The translations under genes and the position numbers were made by a program. Under the pieces are notes generated by a model, which saw nothing but the letters and a program-made list of their open reading frames with translations, made no database searches and was not told the origin of the DNA. A DNA stretch of 64,000 nucleotides from Chthoniobacterales bacterium (GTDB taxonomy: Bacteria; Verrucomicrobiota; Verrucomicrobiia; Chthoniobacterales; UBA10450): NCBI GenBank assembly GCA_025929155.1, contig JAICMR010000002.1:3511-67510 (forward strand), in the 5' to 3' direction. Below are positions 36,743 through 45,985 of the stretch, piece by piece (position 1 is the first letter of the stretch; the number at the start of each line of letters is the position of its first letter).

Positions 36743-37402
36743 ATGGCCGACCGCGACCTGAAGCTCACGATCAACGAAATCTACTTTTCCGTGCAGGGCG
36801 AGAGCACCTGGGCCGGATTGCCGTGCGTTTTCGTTAGGCTGACTTTCTGCGACCTGCGCTGCACTTATTGCGATACGGAATACGCCTTCTACGAAGGAAA
36901 AAAGCAGCCGTTAGGCGAGATCGTGGAAGCTGTCGTGGGTTACGATTGTTCACTCGTCGAGATCACCGGCGGCGAGCCGTTGCTCCAAAAAAATGTGCTG
37001 CCGTTGATGACCCTGCTCGCTGACGCGGGCCGGACGGTATTGCTAGAAACGAGCGGCGCACACGACATTTCGCAGGTCGATCCGCGCATCCATCGGATCA
37101 TGGATTTGAAGACGCCCGGAAGCGGCGAGGTCGAGCGTAACTTGCTCTCAAACATCGCGCACCTGACCGAGCGTGACGAAGTGAAGTGCGTGATCGGTTC
37201 GCGCGAAGATTACGAATGGTCACGGGAGAAGTTGCGCGAGCATCGGCTGGCGGAACGCTGCCGCGCGGTGCTGTTCTCCCCGATTTTCGGCCGGATCGAT
37301 CCGCGCGAAATCGTGGAGTGGATTCTGGAGGACAAGTTGCCGGTGCGTTTCCAGCTGCAGATGCACAAGTTCATCTGGACGCCGACGCAGCGCGGCGTTT
37401 GA
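36743..37402 (+). CDS. queE: 7-carboxy-7-deazaguanine synthase (radical SAM)
   Basis: INEIYFSVQGESTWAGLPCVFVRLTFCDLRCTYCDT (CxxxCxxC) and EITGGEPLLQ. Confidence 0.9.
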   Translation: MADRDLKLTINEIYFSVQGESTWAGLPCVFVRLTFCDLRCTYCDTEYAFYEGKKQPLGEIVEAVVGYDCSLVEITGGEPLLQKNVLPLMTLLADAGRTVLLETSGAHDISQVDPRIHRIMDLKTPGSGEVERNLLSNIAHLTERDEVKCVIGSREDYEWSREKLREHRLAERCRAVLFSPIFGRIDPREIVEWILEDKLPVRFQLQMHKFIWTPTQRGV

Positions 37403-37602
37403 TCCGCTCTCAGCTCTCGAAACCCGGCCCCTGGCTCACGCCATGCCAGAAATGAAGGAGGGAAACGACGGCCGCTTTCGCGTCGAGTTGCTAGAAGAGT
37501 ACTTAAGGAGCGACGGTTATCTCGTGAATCTACCGCGCTCGCGTTCAGTCAATCGCGCGTTGCGCTCCTGATTTCGCCGAGTCCGTTCATCGGAGCACGA
37601 TG

Positions 37603-38841
37603 TTATGTGGAATTTTTAGCCGACAAGCGAATATTTGGCAGAAACGCCGTGAGCAATCCGATCAACGGCAGGAACGAGCAAAGATGAAAGACGTAGGCGA
37701 TGCTCGTGCGGTCCGCCACTTCGCCCAGAACCGCCGAGCCAATGCCGGCAATTCCGAACGCGAGCCCGAAAAATAATCCCGAAACCAGCCCGACCTTTCC
37801 CGGCACCAGCTCCTGCGCGTAAACCAGGATCGCCGAGAAAGCCGAGGCCAGAATGAGACCGATCAGGACAGTAAGCACGCCTGTCCAAAGCAGATTCGCG
37901 TGCGGAAGCGCGATCGTGAAAGGCGCGACACCGAGGATGGAAACCCAGATCACCAGCTTCCGGCCATAGCGATCGCCCACCGGGCCGCCGATCACTGTTC
38001 CGACGGCGACCGCGAAGAGAAAAAGAAAAAGGTGATACTGCGCGCCCTGAACCGAGAGATGGAATTTCTGGATGAGATAAAAGGTGTAGTAATTCGTTAG
38101 GCTGGCCAGGTAGAAATATTTCGAGAAGATCAAAACCCCGAGGACGAGGAGTGCGAACCAGACGCGTCGCGTGATCTTTGGCAGCTCAACGTGCGGGCGC
38201 GGTCGGGCTTTCGCCTGCGTGAGCTGACTGCGATACCACCGGCCGACGCCGGAGAGAACGGCAATCCCGAGCAGCGCCGGCAGCGCGAACCAGAGCACGC
38301 TTTTTTGTCCGTACGGCACCACGATGAGCGCGGCGAGGAGCGGGCCTAACGAACTCCCGGCATTCCCGCCCACCTGGAAAATGGATTGCGCCAGCCCATG
38401 CCGTCCACCGGAAGCAAGGTGCGCAACGCGCGAGGATTCCGGGTGAAAGATCGATGAACCCATCCCGACGAGTGCGGCCGCTGCGACGACGATGCCGAAA
38501 CTCCAGGCGCGCGAGAGAAGCGTGAGACCGCAGAGCGTCAGACCCATTCCGCAGGCAAGCGAAAACGGCTGCGGCCAGCGATCGGTGAAAAGCCCAACGA
38601 ATGGCTGGAGGATCGAGGCCGTCATTTGGAACGCGAGCGTGATCAGCCCGACCTGCACGAAGCTGAGATGGAAGCTCGTCTTAAGCAGCGGATAGATCGC
38701 GGGGATAAGCGATTGGATCGTGTCGTTCAGCAGGTGCGAAAAACTGATCGCGAAAAGGACCGCCAGCACAGTGGGCTCGGCCGCGGAAAGAGCGGGCGAC
38801 GATTTGCGCGTGAGATGAGTTTCGGTGCCGGGCGACGCCAT
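37603..38841 (-). CDS. MFS transporter (Fsr/fosmidomycin-resistance-like subfamily)
   Basis: 412-aa, 12-TMS ORF. FSHLLNDTIQSLIPAIYPLLK...LQPFVGLFTDRW resembles Fsr-type MFS proteins. Confidence 0.8.
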   Translation of the reverse strand: MASPGTETHLTRKSSPALSAAEPTVLAVLFAISFSHLLNDTIQSLIPAIYPLLKTSFHLSFVQVGLITLAFQMTASILQPFVGLFTDRWPQPFSLACGMGLTLCGLTLLSRAWSFGIVVAAAALVGMGSSIFHPESSRVAHLASGGRHGLAQSIFQVGGNAGSSLGPLLAALIVVPYGQKSVLWFALPALLGIAVLSGVGRWYRSQLTQAKARPRPHVELPKITRRVWFALLVLGVLIFSKYFYLASLTNYYTFYLIQKFHLSVQGAQYHLFLFLFAVAVGTVIGGPVGDRYGRKLVIWVSILGVAPFTIALPHANLLWTGVLTVLIGLILASAFSAILVYAQELVPGKVGLVSGLFFGLAFGIAGIGSAVLGEVADRTSIAYVFHLCSFLPLIGLLTAFLPNIRLSAKNST

Positions 38842-38919
38842 GCGCTGAGGAAGCTAGTCGCGTGCCGATCCAACGCCACCGCCAGACCGCAGGCGCGAGG
38901 ATGACATCGCCGCGCAGCG

Positions 38920-39300
38920 ATGCGATTTTCCACGGCGATGCGCGCCCGCCTCACGAAAGATTTCACCTTCGAAGCCGCCCAGACTTTGCCTTCTGCGCCG
39001 GAGGGTCACAAGTGTCGCAACATGCACGGGCATAGCTTTAAGGTGGAGATTTCGATCGAGGGGGAAGTCGATCGCACGACCGGTTGGGTTTACGATCACG
39101 CCCTCATCGGCGCGGCGGTGAAGCCGCTCGTCGCGCAGCTTGATCACAGCTACCTCAACGAAATCGCCGGACTGGAAAATCCGACGATTGAGAACATGGC
39201 AGCGTGGTTTTGGAAAAAAATAGAAGCCCAATGCCCGGGCCTTTCCGAAGTCGTGATCCACGAGACGCCGACCGCGCGCTGCGTGTATCGCGGGGAATAG
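38920..39300 (+). CDS. queD: 6-carboxy-5,6,7,8-tetrahydropterin synthase
   Basis: FTFEAAQTLPSAPEGHKCRNMHGHSFKVEISIEGEVD..TGWVYD...LDHSYLNE: QueD/PTPS motifs. The start may be the internal ATG at 38938. Confidence 0.85.
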   Translation: MRFSTAMRARLTKDFTFEAAQTLPSAPEGHKCRNMHGHSFKVEISIEGEVDRTTGWVYDHALIGAAVKPLVAQLDHSYLNEIAGLENPTIENMAAWFWKKIEAQCPGLSEVVIHETPTARCVYRGE

Positions 39301-39456
39301 CGTCCGGAGATCACGCCGAATTTCGGAGATCAAAAACACGCTTCTCTTAATTTCTCCGGGTCATTTGGGACATCTGCGATGAATTCGTTACACTGAAGTC
39401 AGTCGCCTGGCCCGTGCACCGCTGCGGTTTCGAGCCGACACCGCGTTTTCAATGGG

Positions 39457-40089
39457 TCAGATGCTGTTCATCCGGTCGAAAAAATCGGCAAAGAGCCGGC
39501 CGTAAATTGCGCCCCGCTCCGGATGATATTGCACCGCGAGACAAAAGCTTTTCCCCGGTCGCTGCATCTGCTCGATCGCATCATCGGTCGCGCACCATGA
39601 CTCGACGACCAAACCGTCTCCGACCTTATCGATCGCCTGATGGTGCGAGCTATTCACCTTCGCGAACCGATATCGCGCTCCGGCGTCGTTCCGGAGCGGC
39701 TGGATGTCGTGGTTTTTCTGCTCGGGAAGATTGTGCCCCGGAATGTCGAGCCGAAGCGTCCCGCCGAGCGTGACGTTCAGGAGCTGCATACCCTTGCAGA
39801 TCGCCAGGATCGGCAGACCGCGTTCCAGCGCATTCTGCGTCGCGGCAAATTCCCATTCGTCCCGAGGTCGATCGCCCTCCTCCAGCACCGATGGATCAGG
39901 CACTGGCTGGCGCAACAATTCCTGCGAGATATCGTTCCCGCCCGTCAGCAGGAGTCCATCCATCTCCGCCAGCGCCCCCGGCTTCTGCGCCGCATTCCAA
40001 AGCTCGATCTCCGGCCGGGCGGCCAGGATCGGGTGGAAAAACTTTTCGTCCTTCGGCCGAATCCAACTGGCAAGACGGGGCATCGGCAA
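39457..40089 (-). CDS. Class I glutamine amidotransferase, peptidase C26 (PuuD-like gamma-glutamyl hydrolase) family
   Basis: LLTGGNDI...ILAICKGMQLLNV (nucleophile Cys)...SSHHQAI...VQYHPE. Confidence 0.8.
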   Translation of the reverse strand: MPMPRLASWIRPKDEKFFHPILAARPEIELWNAAQKPGALAEMDGLLLTGGNDISQELLRQPVPDPSVLEEGDRPRDEWEFAATQNALERGLPILAICKGMQLLNVTLGGTLRLDIPGHNLPEQKNHDIQPLRNDAGARYRFAKVNSSHHQAIDKVGDGLVVESWCATDDAIEQMQRPGKSFCLAVQYHPERGAIYGRLFADFFDRMNSI

Positions 40090-40233
40090 ACTTCGACCGC
40101 TGCCGCGCAGTGTAAAGCCGGTCGGCCTAACGACTATGTGGAGGATTTGAGGAGCGCCGGCTAAAGGAATGCAATAGAAGAAGCGATCGAGACGTCGCCA
40201 CCCGAACTGCAGACATTTGCATAATACCAGCCG

Positions 40234-41397
40234 CTAATTGCCGCGCGCCGAAGCCAGGCTTGCGACCTCTTCATTCCCAGCAAAGGGAGCGGCCGACGGA
40301 GGCGCTGGCTTCGGCATTTTCTCAAAGAGAACTCCGTAAACCTGCAGACTCCGCGCCCGGAAAGCGCCGGCGCAACTCAGCAGGTAAAAGCGCCACATCC
40401 GCCGGAAGCGTTCTCCGAAACGATCGGCAAAGCGTGGCCAGGCGCGCTGGAAATTAGCGTCCCAAGCCATCAATGTCGGGTCGTAGTGCGGACCGAAATT
40501 GCGCACTTCTTCGACCAGGAATAAGCCTTCCGCCGCTTTCGTCAGGCGCGAGAGTGAAGGGAGAAGAGAGTTTGGGAAAATGTAACGCCGAATCCACGGA
40601 TCGATCTGCAGATTCGAAACCGGGTTCCCAATGCCCTGGCAGAGAAAACGTCCTTCCGCGCCTAACGACTTAGCGGCTGCCTCCAGATAGGCTCGATAGT
40701 TTTTAAATCCGACATGCTCGACCATTCCGACGCTGACGATGCGATCGAAGCGGCCGCGCACCTCGCGGTAATCGCGCAGCTGAATCTCGATATCCAGCCC
40801 GGCGCAGAAACGTTCGGCGTATTGTTGCTGCTCCCGCGAAATCGTCAGGCCAATGACGGAGCAACCGAAGTTCTCCGCCGCATATTTGGCCAGGCCGCCC
40901 CAGCCGCACCCGATATCGAGCAGGCGCAGGCCGGGGCGCAGGTCGAGCCATTGGCAAAGCGTCTCCAGTTTGCAGCGTTGCGCGGCCGCGAGATCGTCGC
41001 CTCCCGCAAAAATCGCGCAGGAATACTGCATGAACGGATCGAGCATCGCTTCGAAGAAATCGTTTCCGAGATCGTAATGAACCCGGCCGACGCGGCGGGA
41101 GCGCCGGCGTGTTTGATGATTGCTGAGCAGGGCGGAAGCGAGCCCCACTAGATTGGAAAAACTATAGACGAAACGCTGATCGAGCCGAGCGCCGATAGCG
41201 CGCGCACAGAGTTCGTCTAGCGCCTCACAATCCCACCAGCCATCCATGTAAGATTCGCCAAAACCGAGCGTGCCGGCCGCGAGCACGCGGGAAAAAAAGC
41301 GCGCGTCGTGCAACTGAATGTCCCACGGACGACTGCCGTTGATGCGCACGTCGGCCCCCCGCAGAAGATCCTCGACGACCGCTTGCGCCGCTGCCAT
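40234..41397 (-). CDS. cfa: Cyclopropane-fatty-acyl-phospholipid synthase
   Basis: GESYMDGWWDC...HYDLGNDFF...LLDIGCGWGGLA...SVGMVEHVG...YLLSCAGAFR. Confidence 0.9.
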   Translation of the reverse strand: MAAAQAVVEDLLRGADVRINGSRPWDIQLHDARFFSRVLAAGTLGFGESYMDGWWDCEALDELCARAIGARLDQRFVYSFSNLVGLASALLSNHQTRRRSRRVGRVHYDLGNDFFEAMLDPFMQYSCAIFAGGDDLAAAQRCKLETLCQWLDLRPGLRLLDIGCGWGGLAKYAAENFGCSVIGLTISREQQQYAERFCAGLDIEIQLRDYREVRGRFDRIVSVGMVEHVGFKNYRAYLEAAAKSLGAEGRFLCQGIGNPVSNLQIDPWIRRYIFPNSLLPSLSRLTKAAEGLFLVEEVRNFGPHYDPTLMAWDANFQRAWPRFADRFGERFRRMWRFYLLSCAGAFRARSLQVYGVLFEKMPKPAPPSAAPFAGNEEVASLASARGN

Positions 41398-41429
41398 AGA
41401 AACGGAATCGCAGGAAGCGGCATAAGCCG

Positions 41430-41858
41430 ATGCAAATGTTAATCGCCGAAGCAGAAACGAGAGAGCAGATCGCCAGTTGTTACCCGGTGATGCGGCAGTT
41501 GCGCCCGCACTTTGAGGAAGAAGAGACCTTCCTCACGCAGGTGGAGCGGCAACGGCGCGGAGGCTACCGGATGGCCTTTCTCCGAGAGGGGAACGCGGTG
41601 CGCGCCGTTGCTGGTTATCGCTTCTCCGAATCACTTCACGGGGGCTGCTTTTGTTACGTTGACGACCTGGTCACCGATCAGTTCTCGCGCTCCTTTGGCT
41701 TCGGCGGAGCGCTTTTCGACTGGCTCGTGGAAAACGCGCGCGCGGCCGGGTGCGGAAGATTTGAATTGGACTCGGGTGTGCAGCGTTTCGCGGCACACCG
41801 GTTTTACCTGACGAAGAGGATGATCATTTCGTCGCATCATTTCTCGCTCGAGCTGTAA
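41430..41858 (+). CDS. GNAT-family N-acetyltransferase
   Basis: 142-aa ORF: YVDDLVTDQFSRSFGFGGALFDWLVENARAAGCGRFELDS is the acetyl-CoA-binding motif A pattern. Confidence 0.8.
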   Translation: MQMLIAEAETREQIASCYPVMRQLRPHFEEEETFLTQVERQRRGGYRMAFLREGNAVRAVAGYRFSESLHGGCFCYVDDLVTDQFSRSFGFGGALFDWLVENARAAGCGRFELDSGVQRFAAHRFYLTKRMIISSHHFSLEL

Positions 41859-41867
41859 AGCGGTAAT

Positions 41868-41908
41868 CCTGCTCCTCCTCCCGCTTAAAGATCGAGCAGG
41901 AGCAGGAA
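41868..41908. terminator. 10-bp perfect hairpin TCCTGCTCCT-N21-AGGAGCAGGA between the convergent GNAT and yjbQ-like genes; possible bidirectional terminator
   Basis: The arms at 41868-41877 and 41899-41908 are exact complements. Followed by further GAGCAGGA-like repeats to about 41935. No U-tract. Confidence 0.3.
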
Positions 41909-41965
41909 TAGGAGCACGAGCAGGAGGCGCCGACACGGAAAGTCGCGATCTCATAGCGCAGTTTT

Positions 41966-42433
41966 TCATGAATCCCGAGTTCCCATCACATTCACCGCGA
42001 TCTCCCGCCGATGCGCGGCCCGTCGGTGTTCGAAGATGAAGATCCCCTGCCAGGTGCCGAGCTGCATCCGGCCACGCGCAATCGGGATGACTTCGCTCGT
42101 GCGCGTGAGGACGGAGCGAATGTGCGACGTACTGTCGTCGCCGCCTTCCGCAGTGTGTTCGAAATACGGCGTCGCTTCCGGCACGAGCCGCTCGAAAAAT
42201 TTCTCGAGATCGCGGCGCGCGGTCGGGTCGGCATTTTCCGTAATGATGAGGCTGCAACTCGTGTGCCTAACGAACACTGCAGCCATGCCGGTTTCGACGC
42301 CACTTTTCTTGACAGCTTCGGCTACCTGCGAGGTGATCTCGAAGGTGCCTTTGCCACTGGTTGCGACCGTGAAACTTGCCGAGTGAGAAACCACGCCGGC
42401 AGCCACGTTATCTGCAGCCGCCGACGGTCGCAA
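41966..42433 (-). CDS. YjbQ/UPF0047-family (secondary thiamine-phosphate synthase-like) protein
   Basis: FEITSQVAEAVKKSGVETGMAAVFVRHTSCSLIITENADP...HIRSVLTRTSEVIPI..G.MQLGTWQGIF. TTG start; the true start is uncertain. Confidence 0.75.
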   Translation of the reverse strand: MRPSAAADNVAAGVVSHSASFTVATSGKGTFEITSQVAEAVKKSGVETGMAAVFVRHTSCSLIITENADPTARRDLEKFFERLVPEATPYFEHTAEGGDDSTSHIRSVLTRTSEVIPIARGRMQLGTWQGIFIFEHRRAAHRREIAVNVMGTRDS

Positions 42434-42454
42434 TTACGGGGAAGAGCAGCGCGC

Positions 42455-45400
42455 CTATTGGAGATGATAAACTTCGACTAGGGCGACGCCGGTCGCGTCC
42501 TCCTTGCCGCGCACGACCGCAGTGTAATTGCCGGGCGTGAGCGTGGAGACAATCGCCGCCTCCTTGTCATTCCCGGGCGGCACGGTACTGGCCTCGATCT
42601 CCAGCGCCTGAGTTTCGCGCCAGTTATCGTTCGTCAGGCTGTTGCCGTTGGTGTCGTGCAATTCCAAAACCGGATCTGATAAGGCGCCGGCCACACCGGC
42701 TCCGGTGAGTGAGGGGCCGAGCGCGCGCACCAGCACCTTCGCCGGTTCGCTTCCACCGATGATAAAACCGCCGATCATAACGTTATCGCCCGTCTCGACG
42801 CGGCCGCGGGTGGAGATGTTGCCGAGGCTGACTTCGGCGGAGTCGCTTTCCAAATCATAAACCTCCACGAGGCCGATGCCGGCGCCGCCATTCTTTCCGC
42901 TGACGATCGCGGTGTGCGCGCCAGCCGGAAGAGTCGCGATGATCGCGGATTCGAGCGGGCTGGTCGGAGGAATTCCCGTGGCGACGATTGCGGCTTTTTG
43001 CGTGGACTGCCAATTATCGTTCGTGATGACGGGCCCAACGCTCGGATGCAACTCCAGGACCGGATCAGCTAAACTCCCGGCGAGCGGCAACGTTGGCCCA
43101 AGCGCCCGGATCAGCACCTTTTTACTGGAACCTGTCGGACCGGTTACAATAAAGCCGGCGATCAGAACATTCTCGCCGTCCTGCACGTCCATTCGGGTGG
43201 AAATGTTGAGCGGCTTGCCGGACCTCGGCGCAGCCACGCCGGGATCGACCGTAAGAAGGATGCCACTCGCTTGGGTCGTGGCGGTGGCGTTTGAGCTGAC
43301 TGAGGCGAATTTCCCGCTGATCGCCGTGGCCGCGATCGCGCCGAAGGTATCGTTGGGATCGGGAGCGAAGGCGTCGAGCAACTTCACATTGAGGTTTCCG
43401 CCTAACGTTGCCGTGCCGGTGACGTGGAGTTGATCGATCTGGTCCGGATCGGCGCCGGCTGCCTCGAGGATGAGAGTGCCGTCTTTGTCCTGCGTGAAAT
43501 TGCCCGCGACCGTGATCGTTCCAGGAGAATGTCCGGGCGAGATGTAGCCGCCTGAGTTCACCAGGTCGCCCGTGATCGTGCCGGATCCGGAGAGGACGCC
43601 GCCTTGAAGCGTGACGTTGCTGACGACGATGAGGCCGCCGAAATCCGTTTCGCCCCCTGTCTGCACGAAGCCACTCGGCTCCGCACTGCCGGCCTCGGTT
43701 TCCGCCTTGCGCTGAAAGCTTCCGCCGTCGTTCGTGATCAGGCTGGCCCCGTCGTTGCCGATAATGCTACCGCCATCGTTCGTGATCAGGCTGCCACCGT
43801 CGTTGGTGATCAGGCTGCCGCCGTCGTTCGTGATCAGGCTGGCACCGTCGTTACCGATGATCGTGGCGCCGTCGTTCGTGATGAGACTGGCGCCGTCGTT
43901 GCCGATGATGCTCGCGCCGTAGGGCCCGATCAACTTTGTCTCCGTGACGAGCGATTCCACCACGACCGAGCGCGGCGCTTCCACCGGCGGAGGCGTCTTC
44001 GGCGGAGGCGTCGGGGCGGGCGGCGGAGTGCTGAGTCGATCGACAAAGAACTGACCGAGGTTATGAAAAAAAGTTCCGATGCCGTCGAACAGGCCGTTGA
44101 TTTGCGGCGCGCTTAGCGCGTCGACATTTGCGCTGCCGGAGACGGGCACGATCCCGCCGCGCCCGTTCAACCTAAACGTCCCATAGTTCTCCCAGGAACC
44201 GCTCATCGGCACGTCGGTATCGCTCGACATCGTGACGATGCCGGTGCTCGTGACGACGATGTCGAGACTCTTGAGCGTGCCGCCGTTGATGGCGAAGGAT
44301 TGGCTCACCGTCAGTTTGCCACCCGCGCCGGTGATCGCGCCGCCATTCAACGAAACCCCGGAGACGTTGACATCCTGCGTGATGGAAACGCTGGCCGAGC
44401 CGAGGACGGCGAGGTCGGCGGAGCCGGGAACGCCGGCGGCGCCACTAGCGTCGTGCCATTTCGAGGCGTCGTTCCAATTTCCACCAGTGCCAACGCGAGT
44501 GAAGACTTTTCCGCCGGCCGGTTTAAGCCGGATATGGAGCGGCGTCGAGAAACCTTTGATGCCTAACGAATTCACGGCGTAGGCGCTGACGATATGGTCG
44601 CCGATGACCGTCGTGAAATAGGGAAGTTGAAAGCTGGTGCCGCCGTTGCGGGTTTCGATGACGGTGCCGTCATAGATCAGGCCGATCTCGGAAACGCTGC
44701 CGCCGGAGAAAAACTGGGCGCCGAAAGTGATCGTGCCGGTCGAGTAAACCAGCGGATCCTCTACCGTGCCGTCGTGTCCGCTTTCCGGCGGCGTAATGGG
44801 ACTTACTTCGACGTCGGGGATCGGCCCCGTGACCGTGTGATGGACTCCGACGAAATTCGAGATGCTGTCCTTGCGTCCGGCGTCTGAAGCAATCGCCCGG
44901 AAGTACACCGCATCGCCCGCCGGGTATTTCGTGGTGCTGAGATAGAAGAGGGTCGGGTCGTCGTAGGGAAACATCGCGCCGCCGTTGCCATCGGCGAGGT
45001 CGACCCAACTGCTTTCATCGCCCGGCGTAGTCGTCGTCTGAATCCGAACCGAGACGCCATCCAGTTCCGTTGCTTCCTTCACGTGAAACTTGATTTCCTG
45101 CCCCGGACCATTGGTCGCGAGGAACAGGCTGACCGGCACGACGTGCAGAGCCGTTGTAGCGAGGTCGTAGTAGCCAACGACGTTGGAAATGTTGTCAGCG
45201 TATCCGGGTGCGGAAGCGATTGCGCGAAAATGCATGCCGTTCTGCAGCGGATAATTGAGGCTGTTGAGGACGAAATAACCGGAGGTCTCGTCGAGCGTCA
45301 TGTACCCGCCGCTGCCGTTAGGCAAATCAGCCCACGAACCACTGTCGTTAGGGGTGGCCGTCGCTTGCACTCTCACCTTCAGTCCGGGCGGGTTTCCAGT

Positions 45401-45985
45401 TTGGAGCGCGGAAAAGCTGAGAACCGTGTCCTTGCCGCTACCGGTCGGGTTCACGGTGCTGCCGTTGACCGTGAACTGCGTGGAGGAAAGTCCCCCATGC
45501 GGCGGCGGAGTCGGTGTCGCGGAGGTGCTGGTGATCGTGACGGCGACGTTGGTGGAATTGTCGCCAGGGTTCGGATCATCATCAAAAGGATCGGTCGAAA
45601 CGCCAACCAACCGCACCGGCGCACCAGCTTTTTTCGCGACATAGGCGACCAGGAAAGATGTCGATCCGCCTGAAGGAATGTTAGGCAGATTAATCAGCCG
45701 AAAGCCGGTTTGATCAATCGACGTCACAGGCGGCTCGGCTGTATCGAAAGTCATGTAAACGTCGCTCCCAGACGAATCATCGGGGCTGATGTAGCCGTGC
45801 ATCGCACTCGTCGCGTCCGGGCCGTGATTGGTAACGGTGCAGTTGTAAATGATCTCGTCGCCGATCGCCGCGACCGATGGATTGACGGTCACCGCGATGC
45901 TCAGGTCGGAATCGGCCGCCGCGTTTCCCATCGAACAGACGATGGCGCTGGTGGCAAGAAAGAGGGCGCTGAGAATTTTTTTCAT
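42455..45985 (-). CDS. Giant secreted surface/adhesin-like repeat protein (DUF11-like N-terminal domain, Ig-like repeats, autotransporter-associated beta-strand-like repeats, Pro-rich linker, 8-aa tandem repeats, duplicated C-terminal domain)
   Basis: Start re-set to the ATG at 45985 (MKKILSALFLATSAIVCSMGNAAA, a signal peptide). DLSIAVTVNPSVAAIGDEIIYNCTVTNHGPD is DUF11-like. PPPAPTPPPKTPPPVEAP linker. (I/L)I(G/T)NDG(A/G)S x8. Two roughly 125-aa C-terminal repeats of the form NISTR....G.NV.I.GFI..G.....KVL.RALGP.L...G...DPVLELH........NDNW...Q...I..........E.AI...L..G..TA.V.G......G..LVEVY.L. Confidence 0.85.
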   Translation of the reverse strand: MKKILSALFLATSAIVCSMGNAAADSDLSIAVTVNPSVAAIGDEIIYNCTVTNHGPDATSAMHGYISPDDSSGSDVYMTFDTAEPPVTSIDQTGFRLINLPNIPSGGSTSFLVAYVAKKAGAPVRLVGVSTDPFDDDPNPGDNSTNVAVTITSTSATPTPPPHGGLSSTQFTVNGSTVNPTGSGKDTVLSFSALQTGNPPGLKVRVQATATPNDSGSWADLPNGSGGYMTLDETSGYFVLNSLNYPLQNGMHFRAIASAPGYADNISNVVGYYDLATTALHVVPVSLFLATNGPGQEIKFHVKEATELDGVSVRIQTTTTPGDESSWVDLADGNGGAMFPYDDPTLFYLSTTKYPAGDAVYFRAIASDAGRKDSISNFVGVHHTVTGPIPDVEVSPITPPESGHDGTVEDPLVYSTGTITFGAQFFSGGSVSEIGLIYDGTVIETRNGGTSFQLPYFTTVIGDHIVSAYAVNSLGIKGFSTPLHIRLKPAGGKVFTRVGTGGNWNDASKWHDASGAAGVPGSADLAVLGSASVSITQDVNVSGVSLNGGAITGAGGKLTVSQSFAINGGTLKSLDIVVTSTGIVTMSSDTDVPMSGSWENYGTFRLNGRGGIVPVSGSANVDALSAPQINGLFDGIGTFFHNLGQFFVDRLSTPPPAPTPPPKTPPPVEAPRSVVVESLVTETKLIGPYGASIIGNDGASLITNDGATIIGNDGASLITNDGGSLITNDGGSLITNDGGSIIGNDGASLITNDGGSFQRKAETEAGSAEPSGFVQTGGETDFGGLIVVSNVTLQGGVLSGSGTITGDLVNSGGYISPGHSPGTITVAGNFTQDKDGTLILEAAGADPDQIDQLHVTGTATLGGNLNVKLLDAFAPDPNDTFGAIAATAISGKFASVSSNATATTQASGILLTVDPGVAAPRSGKPLNISTRMDVQDGENVLIAGFIVTGPTGSSKKVLIRALGPTLPLAGSLADPVLELHPSVGPVITNDNWQSTQKAAIVATGIPPTSPLESAIIATLPAGAHTAIVSGKNGGAGIGLVEVYDLESDSAEVSLGNISTRGRVETGDNVMIGGFIIGGSEPAKVLVRALGPSLTGAGVAGALSDPVLELHDTNGNSLTNDNWRETQALEIEASTVPPGNDKEAAIVSTLTPGNYTAVVRGKEDATGVALVEVYHLQ
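43724..43915 (-). repeat. Eight in-frame tandem 24-nt repeats (consensus on + strand GCCGTCGTTCGTGATCAGGCTGGC) encoding (L/I)I(T/G)NDG(A/G)S
   Basis: Unit boundaries at 43724, 43748, 43772, 43796, 43820, 43844, 43868 and 43892. Units 1 and 5 are identical at 24 of 24 positions. Confidence 0.9.

Noticed and set aside
37443-37571. 42-codon ORF (MPEMKEGNDGRFRVELLEEYLRSDGYLVNLPRSRSVNRALRS) in the queE-MFS spacer
   Set aside because: It has no Shine-Dalgarno sequence and no recognisable family, and lies in a convergent spacer. It cannot be supported from sequence alone.
43724-43915. Regular 24-nt repeats that could look like a CRISPR array
   Set aside because: The units are directly abutting with no spacers. 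They are in frame within a 1176-aa ORF and encode an 8-residue peptide repeat. There are no cas genes. This is a coding tandem repeat.
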